DNA of 64,000 nt from Schmidtea polychroa (lineage: Eukaryota): assembly GCA_044892525.1 (NCBI GenBank), contig CM097885.1, positions 33,792,001 to 33,856,000 on the forward strand, read 5' to 3'. Each line of letters begins with the position of its first letter. Position 1 is the stretch's first letter. Under the pieces are notes generated by a model, which did no database searches, was not told where the DNA came from, and worked only from the letters and a program-made list of their open reading frames with translations. Made by a program: the position numbers and the translations under genes. Below are positions 14,901 through 25,126 of this stretch, one piece after another.

Positions 14901-17449
14901 GTATTAACCCTCTCCGTGTAAAAAATAATGCTGATATTTTTAGTGACCCGTTCTATTCCCACAAAAACGGTTACAAAATGTGCCTTCAGCTAGAATAAGA
15001 GACAGATTTATTGGTGGGTATGCTGGACTTTGACTTGTGAAGAGCCAGGCAAAACCCAAACTGTACACTTTTTTCAATGACAAAAGGTTTGGTGTCATAC
15101 GTGCAATTTTAATTACGAACTAGTTTACAGTCGGCAGTAAAACCTGATAGTATGTTTTAACACAAATTTTCTTGTTTAAAAAGAGTAAAAAATTATATAA
15201 GAACTTTAATGTCAGTGGAAAGACTAAATAATATTGCTTTTATGAATAGCGATATACTTAAAATTATTGATTTTAATGAGATAGTAAGTTTGGAAAATAT
15301 ATTTAAATATTTTTTGTTTCTAATTTTAATTTCAAGTAAAATTCTATGATTTAGTTGTGAATAATATTATGCTATAATTAATCATGTTATATATTATATT
15401 ATATTCAAATTATATTGGAAATAAAACCTCAATAGTTTATAGAGTATTTTATTTATTTATTTAGTTAATATGTATTTTTATTTTCCATGTATCTCTATTT
15501 TTAAGAGGTTCAAATTTTTTTCTGTACTCGGCTCCTCAACTAACCTTAATCCGACCCTGAATAGAATGGAATAATGAAATTAAAGAAATAAATAAAAAAA
15601 GAAAAAAAGGAAAAACGGATTTCCAATATAGAATCAAAATATTTATTATAATACATTATTTAAATGTATTAATTTTGTCTTTTAAACTAGTTATTTATTT
15701 TCTTTTTTCACAAACTTGTATATCTGTAAAAACAAAGTTCATAAAACCCATTTCTACAGCTTCGAAATAATTTATGTATTTGTAAATGAAAAGGTTTTAC
15801 CTTAATATTGTATAAAAAAATTATCATAATAATCAAGTGACAAATTCTTAGCATTCCAACTAATATAATTTCGATATCATCTAAAAGAAATGCCATTACA
15901 GGAATACCTCGCATAGTACGGTTTCGATCAGTACGGTTTCTCTATAGTACGGTTTTGAAATTTTCAAAATCTGATTGTTTTTAAAATGATTAAATAAAAT
16001 TTTCGAAATTTAAAAAAGTTTTATTAAATTAATTTTTTAGAATTTATTCGTTATTATAAAATCATACGGCACGTGTTTAATAATTTGTTTTGTTACGTTT
16101 AATTTCTGGTTTGTAGTTTTAATAAAAATTTGACTAAATAAACCGTAATAAAATTCACTACGGATACATTCACGATCGCGCGATAATAGATCAAGTTGTT
16201 GGTTTTATATTTTTAATCGTAGAGTATGTTGACTTTTATATATTGAGATTTTAATTTAAAAAATAAAATGAGTGGCAGAACAAAGTGTAAAAGCGACTCC
16301 ACAACCAAAAAACGCAAATGGCTCACTTTAGAACAGAAGCTTATCGTTATTAAACTTCATGAGGAAGGGGCTTCGTTTGCTAAAGTAGGAAAAGAAAGGG
16401 GAATGAACGAGGCGTCAGTTTGGAAAATTGTGAAAAATAAAGATCAATACAAGTCGCAAGGTATAGCTACGGCGTCATATTTGTCGAAAGTGGTAACCAG
16501 AATTAGAAGTCCTCGAATGGTTAACATGGAGCGACTATTATCTATATGGATAGAAGACGTTAACCAAAAACGTATTCCAATTAGTCAAATGGAAATTCAA
16601 GCGAAGGCACTAAGTCTTTACAAAGACTTGGGGACTAAAGATGAAGTAGAGACCTCGGTTCCGAAACCGGTGAAACCTTTACGGCCAGTCGAGGGTGGTT
16701 TTCTCGGGATAAGGAACGAACTGGTATTCACAGAAAAATAAAAATATATAACAAAATATTTTTTGTTTACTAGATTATAATAATGATTTTTAAATTTCTT
16801 AATAGAGGTACTAAGCCGTAAATTTATTAGCGCCAGAATGCCTCGAATAGTCTGGTTTCAAATAGTACGGCTAAATTCCAGAACCGATTAACCGTACTGT
16901 TCGAGGTATTCCTGTACATCTAAATATTTAGTAAAATGTATAAAAATATAAATCAACATATGATTTTGTTTTAATTTCTTTGGTAATTTAATGTTATTTT
17001 AAAAGCTTCTTAGATTATAATAATTATTTTTGAATTTTTATCTTATTTCAAATTTAGATCTTGCAAGCATTCAATTCCAGAGACAACAGCAGCTCATTCA
17101 ACAATTGACTAGTCAAAATGCCCCAACAGATTCATTAGAGCCTAAATCTCCACCAAAAAAGAAAGGTTTAAGCAGTTTGTTATTGCCTCCAAGTGCCAGA
17201 AAACAAATAATAAAAGATGCAACTAATGAAGAGAAAATAAAAAATAAACCGGTTTTGAAAAGAATCGTAGAAATTGAAGAAAGTAAAGAGGAAGAGTTTA
17301 CCGATAAAACTGAAAGAGACATAAAAGATCTTCATCTCAGAGAACTCTACAAAGTCGATGAAGAATTAGATGATTTTTCAATCAACATTTCTTCCGGTAG
17401 AAGCTCATTCCGAAGCACTGAATACGAGGAGTTGGATAGAACTTTGTAA
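1478..17449 (+). CDS. TRPC: TRPC-family (canonical transient receptor potential) cation channel, 3' part; coding exons 1478-1721, 4859-5032, 14397-14526, 17058-17449; 5' exons lie upstream of the window
   Basis: The spliced translation gives a pore helix (TFHTLYWTLFG), S6 (LYGTYCAIVIIILLNMLIAMMSKSF), TRP box EWKFAR, LPVPFNLI and a rib-helix-like MIRRYLFQ. All introns are GT..AG with compatible phases (0,0,1). Confidence 0.92.
4522..4716. mobile_element. piggyBac-type MITE (195 bp) in TRPC intron
   Basis: TTAA at 4518-4521 and 4717-4720; perfect 14-bp TIR CCCTTTAGATGCCA/TGGCATCTAAAGGG; internal 16-bp palindrome AGCGTGTTAACACGCT at 4685-4700. Confidence 0.9.
4859..5032 (+). CDS. TRPC: TRPC exon: TRP box
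   Basis: ttgcag acceptor, GDRLEEWKFARAVLWLVYIEHEGVLPVPFNLI, GAA|gtaagt donor; phase 0/0. Confidence 0.93.
6074..6255. repeat. Foldback repeat family copy, opposite orientation to the 11738 copy
   Basis: Inverted arms aagatatcgatg..ttgatattcacgaaattt / aaattcgtgaatatcaaa..catcgatatctt; the left flank is the reverse complement of the right flank of the 11738 copy. Confidence 0.75.
8287..8442. repeat. Foldback repeat family, single-arm copy
   Basis: cagtgcagaaaattcgtgaatatccaaaacatcgatgtatttactgatccatagtc matches the spacer and right arm of the 11738 copy. Confidence 0.7.
11738..11870. repeat. Perfect 49-bp inverted repeat with 35-bp spacer (foldback/MITE-like family)
   Basis: 11738-11786 is the exact reverse complement of 11822-11870; weaker symmetry extends to about 11721-11888. 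Confidence 0.9.
13089..13127 (+). ncRNA. Degenerate minimal hammerhead ribozyme motif (Penelope-type 3' end)
   Basis: tat-CTGATGA-t-gag..ttc-GAAA-tataTC-gta with a weak stem II; followed by atgtttgagtggc, the same downstream motif as in the 43.4 and 59.3 kb copies. Confidence 0.55.
14397..14526 (+). CDS. TRPC: TRPC exon: C-terminal helix (not in the ORF track)
   Basis: ttttag acceptor, VNGYEEYIEANEHKKDLNKMKANMIRRYLFQLQRMKEQENKSG, G|gtaaga donor; phase 0 in and phase 1 out match both neighbouring exons. Confidence 0.85.
15899..16914 (+). mobile_element. Tigger/pogo-like DNA transposon, internally deleted (1016 bp), in the last TRPC intron
   Basis: TA on both flanks (15897-98, 16915-16); 25-bp TIR CAGGAATACCTCG..AGTACGGTT with 2 mismatches; subterminal AGTACGGTTT repeats; contains a CENP-B-type HTH ORF. 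Confidence 0.93.
16268..16741 (+). pseudogene. Tigger/pogo transposase N-terminal DNA-binding domains only; frameshift near 16670, DDE domain absent
   Basis: KRKWLTLEQKLIVIK...MERLLSIWIEDVNQKRIPISQMEIQAKALSLY; the expected FTASRGWFSR..ERTGIH motif is present from 16672 but in a different frame. Confidence 0.88.
17058..17449 (+). CDS. TRPC: TRPC terminal coding exon (charged, low-complexity tail)
   Basis: aatttag acceptor ends 17057; phase 1 matches the previous exon (G+AT=Asp); open to TAA at 17447-17449; AATAAA at 17608-17613. Confidence 0.8.
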
Positions 17450-18129
17450 AATTCATCAGATATTTTTTACATCCAACTGAAATAGAAATTATGCCTGTAT
17501 TAACTTTTCTATATTGAAACTTAAATTAATATTGTTTTATTTTAAGAAATTTTATCTACAATCTTTCTTTATGCTTCGATCTTAATGTTGTATCAGTATT
17601 TTTGTTCAATAAATGATATTTATTTACGAGTCTTTCTAAGCGCCAGACAAAATTAATTAAAACTCTTTATTTTTATTTTTGATGGTCTTTCATATAAATT
17701 ATGGAATGAAATATCATTATGGATAAACAATTAGAAAATTATTTTATCTTAACCAATGTCAAGAACTAGATACGGAAACTAATAATGACGAAATAGCTTT
17801 GATTTAAAAAATTAATTAACTAATTTCAATAAATTTGTTGCTGATTGAACAAATGCCTCACACGATACTTTTACGTTTCATATAAAACACAATGACAAAA
17901 ATGAATTCTTACCCGTATACTATTTTTCAATTTGACACAAATTTTCGATACTATCTTTTTCTTAAAACATGTTAATCTTTGATTTGTTTTTGTTTTCTTT
18001 TCACTTATTTTCATTACGACTATAGATTAAATCTCTTTCTTTATGTAACACAAATGTTTATAACAAAAACCATTTGAAACTGGTAATGTACAAAATTTGT
18101 GTTACATGGGAAAAAATTAATCTATTGCT

Positions 18130-18752
18130 CAGTGGCGTACCAAAGATTTCTGGGGCCCTTGTGCAGATTTTGGGACGCACAAAATATTTGTCGAACGAAG
18201 TGATCCGAGGAACCAAACCATAGGCAGGCTTGGGGGAAGGTGATTAGCAACTCTCTGAGTAAATTTGCGCATTTTAAAACAGAAATAGTAGCGTTATACA
18301 ATTATTGTAAATTGATATACAATAAGCAATATTATTTTTATCCTTTTTACCGCATAGTAAATATCAACAAAACTCTATGACCTCTGCCATGATGTCGTTA
18401 TACCGCCATTTTGAATCGAGTAGGCAAGTAAATTGGATTTGACGTTTTATTAATAAACAAGTCCTCATCACATAAAAAAACCAACGTCAAGTAAAGCAAA
18501 TAATTTAATAGATGAATGGGTGTGACATATGTGGTTTACAACTATATCCAATATAGATTCCTAATAATATTAAATGTATAAACCGTCCAAACTGTGGTTG
18601 CTGTCTTAATAAAAACAAAACAAACGCCAAAGCGATGCTTGGTTTGATGACAATCGGGGAATTTATAATGCTCGAACGTATAAATTTTACTAATTTTTCG
18701 TCCTGGGCCCTTGTGCCGTGCACAACCTGCACAACCTATTGCTACGCCACTG
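18130..18752. mobile_element. Non-autonomous hAT-type element (623 bp)
   Basis: 8-bp TSD CTATTGCT (18122-18129, 18753-18760); TIR CAGTGGCGTA(c/g)CAA; GGGCCCTTGTGC motif near both ends. Confidence 0.9.
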
Positions 18753-19547
18753 CTATTGCTGTAAAAATGATAGAAATGTGAAAATATTAATTAAATTTCC
18801 TTTATTTCATGGTTAATCATTAAAATATTTAAAGTTTCAGTGTCAAAATAAAATCTTGTCTATTTAAATACACTCATTTTCATTAAAAAGTATACCATAT
18901 AACAGAGCCGTAGCTAGGGGATGGCAAATGGGGCGACCGCCCCGGATGCCCAGTCGAAGAGCGACAAAACTGTGAAATGATCATTTATATTTTTTTTCCC
19001 TTTCTTTCTTTTTTTCATATTAAATTTTTATATTCTGCTTTCCATGTTTACTGTTCTCAAAAGTGAAACTAAAACAAAACTGTTTTGCTGGTCTATCTAA
19101 AGGTTTTTGCAAACGGACGACTAAATCCGAAGGTGGCTGATCATGAAAACAGTTTTGAGCATATTAAATGCTACTTTGCCTGGAAAGATCCTGAAAATCG
19201 TTTGAAAGAAGAAAGGACAATTGATGATAATGGTTATAGATATCGATATGCCCGATACAGTAGTCTATATATAAAAACGAGAAATCAGAGAATAGCCTAT
19301 TCAATATTGAGAAAAGAATCAGAATTATTTTTTCATAGTAAGGGAAATTTTGTGAAACATGGCAACTCATTTCTTGCAAACTTGGCCACCCGCTGATATG
19401 GAAGATGAAGCTATATATGTATATACATATGTATAATAAATATTTATAATTAATTGGTTTTCGTTATAATATAAGTTTGGTTAAGCATTGTATATCTTTG
19501 CATCTTAATTTGACTAATCAAGACCAATTCCATTCCTGTAAGTACAT

Positions 19548-20510
19548 TGTAATGTATTGTAATTCTTTATTTTTTTGGTTCTGTAAATCGTTTAGTATGA
19601 ATGCGAATAACAATTCTGCACGTTGCACGTGGAGAAGGTTTTATATTTTATTTTTAAAAAAAATAAACTATATAGTGATAATTTACCATAGTAAATTATC
19701 ACTATAGAAAATTGCAAATTAAAAAAAAAATCGATAAAAAGATTTCGAATATTAAATTAACATAAAAGCAAATTGAAAATAAAGTCCTCAATTTCAATTC
19801 CAACTGTTAATTGAACATACCAGTTTCTTATAAATACAGAGATCAATTCCAAACCAAAGCAAGTTGCAACAAATTGAAAATAAAGTCCTAAATTTCAATT
19901 CCAACTGTTAATTGAACATACCAGTTTCTTATAAAAACAGAGATCAATTCCAAACCAAAGCAAGTTGCAGCAAATTGAAAATAAAGTCCTCCATTTCAAT
20001 TCCCAAACCTATTTGTAGACCAGGATTTGTGTTCAGATACGAGAACAAGGATAAAGTTTGAAATCCCGAAAATAATAATAATAAAATTTAAACCAGGATT
20101 TGTGTTCGGATACGAGAACAAGGATAAAGACACAAGAAAGAATCAAATTCAGATTAACCTATATCAAACAACAAATTTCCAGTCCTATATCCAGTCAAAG
20201 GCCGATCTATAATAAACCGAAAATCTACAGTCCCTACAGTCCTATATCCCGGCAAAGGTCTAGATTCAAATCCTATTTAAACTACCCCCGGACTCAAGGT
20301 CTTAAAATTTTTATTTTGAATAAAAGTTTTGTTCCAATATATATTATCGTTTATTATTATTTTTATTTTACTTGTTATTACACAACACGCACCCCGATTG
20401 TCCCGACACATTTTTTTATCGGTGACTCTTTCGGGCTCATCAAATTTCTAATCTAACATTACAACTTTATACCACACACAAAAACAAAATAGTCAAAATT
20501 TAATATAACA
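19548..20510 (+). repeat. 5' LTR (963 bp)
   Basis: TGTAATG...ATAACA; two full 101-bp tandem units plus a partial; TATA-like cctatttaaa near 20272; AATAAA near 20319. Confidence 0.96.
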
Positions 20511-20512
20511 AT

Positions 20513-20524
20513 TGGTGTCAGAAG
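20513..20524 (+). promoter_or_regulatory. Primer-binding site, tRNA-Leu type
   Basis: TGGTGTCAGAAG lies 2 nt after the 5' LTR and is complementary to the 3' end of eukaryotic tRNA-Leu (..CUUCUGACACCA). Confidence 0.75.
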
Positions 20525-20709
20525 AAAAAATACACAACACACACGCATTCGACGTTTTCTTTCAATCACGAAACCTTTCAGTGTAGTTATTATAGAACTA
20601 TAAAGGCTAGTGACACTGTTGGCCGAACACAGTAGGTCATATCCTTCAAACAAACCACTATTTTTTTTTGCACAACAAACAATAAAAAAAAACAGCAACA
20701 AAACAATTG

Positions 20710-21804
20710 ATGGCTTCAAATCAAACAAATCCAACAAATATTCCACAAATACCCAACAACTACGACAATACTCAAACATCAGAAAGTACCAATTACCAAT
20801 ACAACCCAAGCACCAACAACGCAAACACACACACAACACATGAAAGCAGTAGTTATTATTACAACCCCGAAAATTCATCCACGGTAAACTCAATACTAAA
20901 CCCCAAGGCAAACATCCCAAATTTCTTCACAGACGAAAATGGGACACCACAAAAATGGCTAGAATTTGCCAAATTAACATTAAGCCTATCAGGCATTAAA
21001 TCATCAAGAACAGTTTGTTCTCACATAATCGCTGCCCTTCCCAGCAACATCCTGAACGAGATAGCCGATAGAGTAGAAGAAATATCAAAGGACGACAACC
21101 CTTTCGAAAACTTATACAACACTTTAATAAATCGGAACAAAGTAAACGGACGAGAACTACTCGAATCCTGTTTGAAAGATATCCAATTGGGTAATGACAA
21201 ACCGTCTGAATTTCTGCGAAATCTAAAGGCAAAACTCGAATACTTGCAACCAAAAATAACAAGCACCGGGTCAAAAGAGTTCATCAAAGACCTTTTCATG
21301 CGCGCAATGCCACCTGAAATACGACGAATTCTAGCTGCCAGCAACTGTACAGACCTCGATACTCTGGCAAACATAGCAGACAAAATCAACGACGAAATAT
21401 ACCCGACAATATGTAGAACTTACCAAAACAAAAATTTTTTTAAGAGCAACGAAAACAAACCTGTACACAATAGCTCAGAAACTACAGAAACCAACAAACT
21501 CCTGTCAACTCTGGTAACAAAATTCGGCGAAATAATTATTGAAAACAAAAATCTAAGAAAAGACATAACCGAATTACAAAGAAGAGAATCCAGGAGAACG
21601 CAATATTACGAAAACAGACAAAATTATCCCAGACAAAATACACGATCTGGCAGCCGCAACAGCTTCGACAGAAACAAAACATGGGACAACCCTAATAAAT
21701 GCACAAACCAAAACTATTGTTACTACCACAATAAATTTGGGAATAAAGCATACAAATGCAACAAACCCTGCACCTTCGACAAAGAAGAGTCGGGAAACAT
21801 ATAA
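20710..21804 (+). CDS. gag: Gag with C-terminal CX2HX9CX3C zinc knuckle
   Basis: Open ORF after the PBS; LGNDKPSEFLRNLK, LFMRAMPPEIRRIL and CYYHNKFGNKAYKCNKPC. Confidence 0.92.
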   Translation: MASNQTNPTNIPQIPNNYDNTQTSESTNYQYNPSTNNANTHTTHESSSYYYNPENSSTVNSILNPKANIPNFFTDENGTPQKWLEFAKLTLSLSGIKSSRTVCSHIIAALPSNILNEIADRVEEISKDDNPFENLYNTLINRNKVNGRELLESCLKDIQLGNDKPSEFLRNLKAKLEYLQPKITSTGSKEFIKDLFMRAMPPEIRRILAASNCTDLDTLANIADKINDEIYPTICRTYQNKNFFKSNENKPVHNSSETTETNKLLSTLVTKFGEIIIENKNLRKDITELQRRESRRTQYYENRQNYPRQNTRSGSRNSFDRNKTWDNPNKCTNQNYCYYHNKFGNKAYKCNKPCTFDKEESGNI

Positions 21805-21855
21805 AGTCACCAATGATAGCACCGACATTTGGTGACTGCCAAACTTTCACGGTGC
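21792..21855 (+). promoter_or_regulatory. Programmed -1 ribosomal frameshift signal (slippery heptamer plus predicted H-type pseudoknot)
   Basis: G GGA AAC in the gag frame; 6-nt spacer; stem 1 AGTCACCAA/TTGGTGACT; stem 2 GCACCG/CGGTGC. Confidence 0.8.
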
Positions 21856-24800
21856 ATAGCAATGGCCTTAAATTTCTTGTTGATTCAGGTTCAATAATTT
21901 CATTATTACCGAATTACCTATACAAAAACACAAAAACCGAAACCGCAAATTTGTGCGCAGCAAACGGCAGCCCAATTAAAACGTTCGGAAAGCAAAACAT
22001 TAACATCACCATCAACAACACACAATACAATTGGCAATTCACTATCGCTGAAGTCAAACAAGCTATTTTAGGAGCAGATTTCCTTTCATACTTCAACCTA
22101 CTAGTCGACTGTAAGAATGGAAAAGTCATACCAAACAATTCAAATAACATACAACACAAAAATAAACAATCTAAAAAACAAATCATTTGTGACATCGGAG
22201 TAATAACAGCCCAAAACGGTGAAGAAAAAACAAATAAAACAGAAACAAACTGGCACATACCTAACGAAATCGCAAAACTGATACAAAATGTAGCAAATAT
22301 AACTAATAAATTAGAGACAAACAATAACACAAAATGCATAACCGAACACATAATAATTAGCAACGGAAACCCAGTCCATGCAAAAGTCAGACAGTTAGAC
22401 AAAAATAAACTCGAAATAACTAAGAAAATATTCGACGAACTACTAGAAAACCAAATCGTCAAACATTCAAACTCAAACTGGTCATCAGCCCTCATGCTTA
22501 AAGAAAAGACAAACGGCGAATGGCGAGCCTGTGGAGACTACAGAGCATTAAACAATATCACAACAGCCGACAAATACCCAATCCCAATAATAAACGATAT
22601 CATCAACAGATTTAACAAACCCAAAATTTTCAGCAAAATAGATTTAGAAAAAGCCTATCATCAAATTCCTGTCAGAACTGAAGACATAAAGAAAACAGCA
22701 ATCATCACACCCATAGGACTTTTCGAGTATAACAAAATGCCTTTTGGATTAAAAAATGCTGCAGCCACTTTCCAACGCTTCATGGACAAATATTACGAAA
22801 TCAACAGAACACAGTCGCATACCTTGACGACATCCTGATAGCATCAGCAAACAAAACAGAACATATACAAAATATTAAAAACGTGTTCGAAATATTAAGC
22901 AAACATGAGCTAAAAATTAACATAAAAAAATGCGAATTTTTGAAAACAGAAATAAAATTTCTGGGTCACATGTTAAACGAAAATGGAACAAGGCCTTTAG
23001 ACGACAAAATCAAAGCAATCAAAAATTACCCTCTACCCAAAACTACAAAAGAGCTAAGACGTTTCCTTGGAATGATCAATTTCTATCACAAATACATACC
23101 AAGATGTAGTGAAATGCTGGCCCCTCTCAACGAACTGAACAAAACAAAGAGAAACATCAAAATAAATTGGAACGAAAAACTAATAACAGCGTTCGAACAA
23201 GCAAAAGAAAATTTGAAAAATGCAAGCATCCTAAACTATCCCAACCAAGAATTACCCTACATAGTCAACACAGATTGTTCGGGAGTAGCAATGGGCGGAA
23301 CGATATTCCAAGAAGAAAATAACGAAAAAAGACCAATAGCTTTCTTCTCAAAAAAACTCAAAACTCACCAAATGAGATACTCCACTTTTGACAGGGAGTT
23401 ATTAGCGTTACATGATACAATCAGACATTTCCAATACCTATTGGAAGGAAAAGATTTCGAAGTGTATACCGACCATAAACCCTTAATAAACGCAATGAAC
23501 ATGAAAAATCCTTCACCGAGACAAATAAGACAATTAAACTATATTTCACAATTTAATTGCAAAATAAAATACATAGCAGGTTCAGCTAACATAAGTGCAG
23601 ATGCATTATCAAGAATAGAAACTGACATAAATGCACTTAACATAACACCCATCATAGAGTTAGAAAAGTTAAAAACTAAACAAAAAGAAACAACAATCGA
23701 AACTCCAAGGATGAATTCACTCCATCTGGAAGAAATAGACGACATATGGTACGACACTTCAAACGACTATAACAAAAGGATTGTAGTACCAGCAGAAAAA
23801 TACCTCCAAAAATATCACAACATCTACCATCCGGGAAACAAAGCCACATATGAACTTCTGCATACCAAAGTTGTTTGGCCTTTTATGAGAAGGGACGTAA
23901 AAACGTTCGTAAAAAATTGCACACAGTGTCAAAAGAATAAAATAACAACAAAACAATTCAAAACAACAATTGTACAATTCCCAAGTTCTGAACCGTTCGA
24001 AACGATACATATCGACATAGTCGGCCCTCTACCCCCAAATAATAAACACAAGTACTTATTAACTATAATAGACCGAAAAACAAATTGGTTCGAAGCCATT
24101 CCTATAAAGGAAATATCAGCAGCAAAAATATGCAGTAAATTAGAATTAAACTGGTTCGCCCGGTATGGCTGCCCAAAGACAATAATCAGCGATCAGGGCA
24201 GGCAATTTGAATCCGACATTTTCAAAGGACTTTGCAACAAATATAACATCAACAAAACCAGAACAACAGCATACAATCCACAATCAAACGGAAAAGTTGA
24301 GAGATTACACCGATCATTAAAACAAGCAATCCGAACAAAAACAAATAATAACAACAACTGGTTAGAAAAGTTACCAGAAATACTAATAGGATTACGAAAC
24401 AACCCTTCAAGCCTAAACAACAAAAGCCCTAGCCAATCAGTTTTCGGACACAATACAAACCTACCAAACCTAAAGGACGAAAACGAAAACAAGATAAAAA
24501 CAACCGCTAAAGAATCACAAATACCCATACTAAAAAGTATCCTAAAAAACAAAAATAATAATAAAACCCAAAACCAAACAGAACTAATAATAGACATGGT
24601 TTTAGTAAAGAAACCCTTCACTAGCGGATTTGAAACAAAGTACGAAGGCCCATACAAACTGTTAAATATGTATAAAAACGTTGGCACAATTTTAAAAGAC
24701 AATAAACAAATCAAAATAAACATACGCAGATTAAAACCATATCACGAAAACAAAACACCAACTCTTGACAATCACCACAACCTAAACCCTCAAAACAACC

Positions 24801-24949
24801 ACCCAAAGTACAAAACTCAAGAACGAACAGAAATACAGACAAACCAGAAACACATCAGATTCAGCGAAAAAGACTTAACAAAAATTTTCGACAATAACAC
24901 AACAATCACACCAGAATACAAAAAGCGTTATAGCGATTGCCTCAAATAA
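21792..24949 (+). CDS. pol: Pol (protease, RT, RNase H, integrase) in the -1 frame relative to gag; interrupted by a 1-nt deletion at about 22790
   Basis: FLVDSGS protease; WRACGDYRALN and MPFGLKNAAATFQR; YLDD (22820-22831) in the downstream frame; RNase H TDCS/DRELLA/TDHKPL; HHCC zinc finger; DDE (HIDIVGP, ISDQG, KVERLHR); GPY motif. Confidence 0.95.
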
Positions 24950-25112
24950 ACAACACATGCACCCACAAGATTTAGTTGTACAATTTTTTATAATGTGTTA
25001 GTTGTAAAACACAAAACAAAAACACAACTAGATCATCACAAAACACAACAACAAATGTTTTATCTTATCTCTGTAAATATGTAAAGCTGTTTAAATGTTA
25101 ACCTCCGGTTTT

Positions 25113-25123
25113 AAAGGGGGAAG
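25113..25123 (+). promoter_or_regulatory. Polypurine tract
   Basis: AAAGGGGGAAG ends 3 nt before the 3' LTR. Confidence 0.85.
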
Positions 25124-25126
25124 TTC

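Noticed and set aside
17432..17449. TRPC C-terminus LDRTL as a PDZ ligand like TRPC4/5 VTTRL
   Set aside because: Position -2 is Arg rather than Ser/Thr, so it does not fit class I.
19769..20130. Regularly spaced repeats suggestive of a CRISPR array
   Set aside because: These are full-unit tandem repeats without unique spacers, within an LTR in eukaryotic DNA with no cas genes.
20459..24723. Several long antisense ORFs over gag/pol
   Set aside because: Explained by the A/C-rich, T-poor sense strand, which depletes antisense stops; no recognisable domains.
24950..25126. env or accessory ORF after pol
   Set aside because: Only about 175 bp lie between the pol stop and the 3' LTR.
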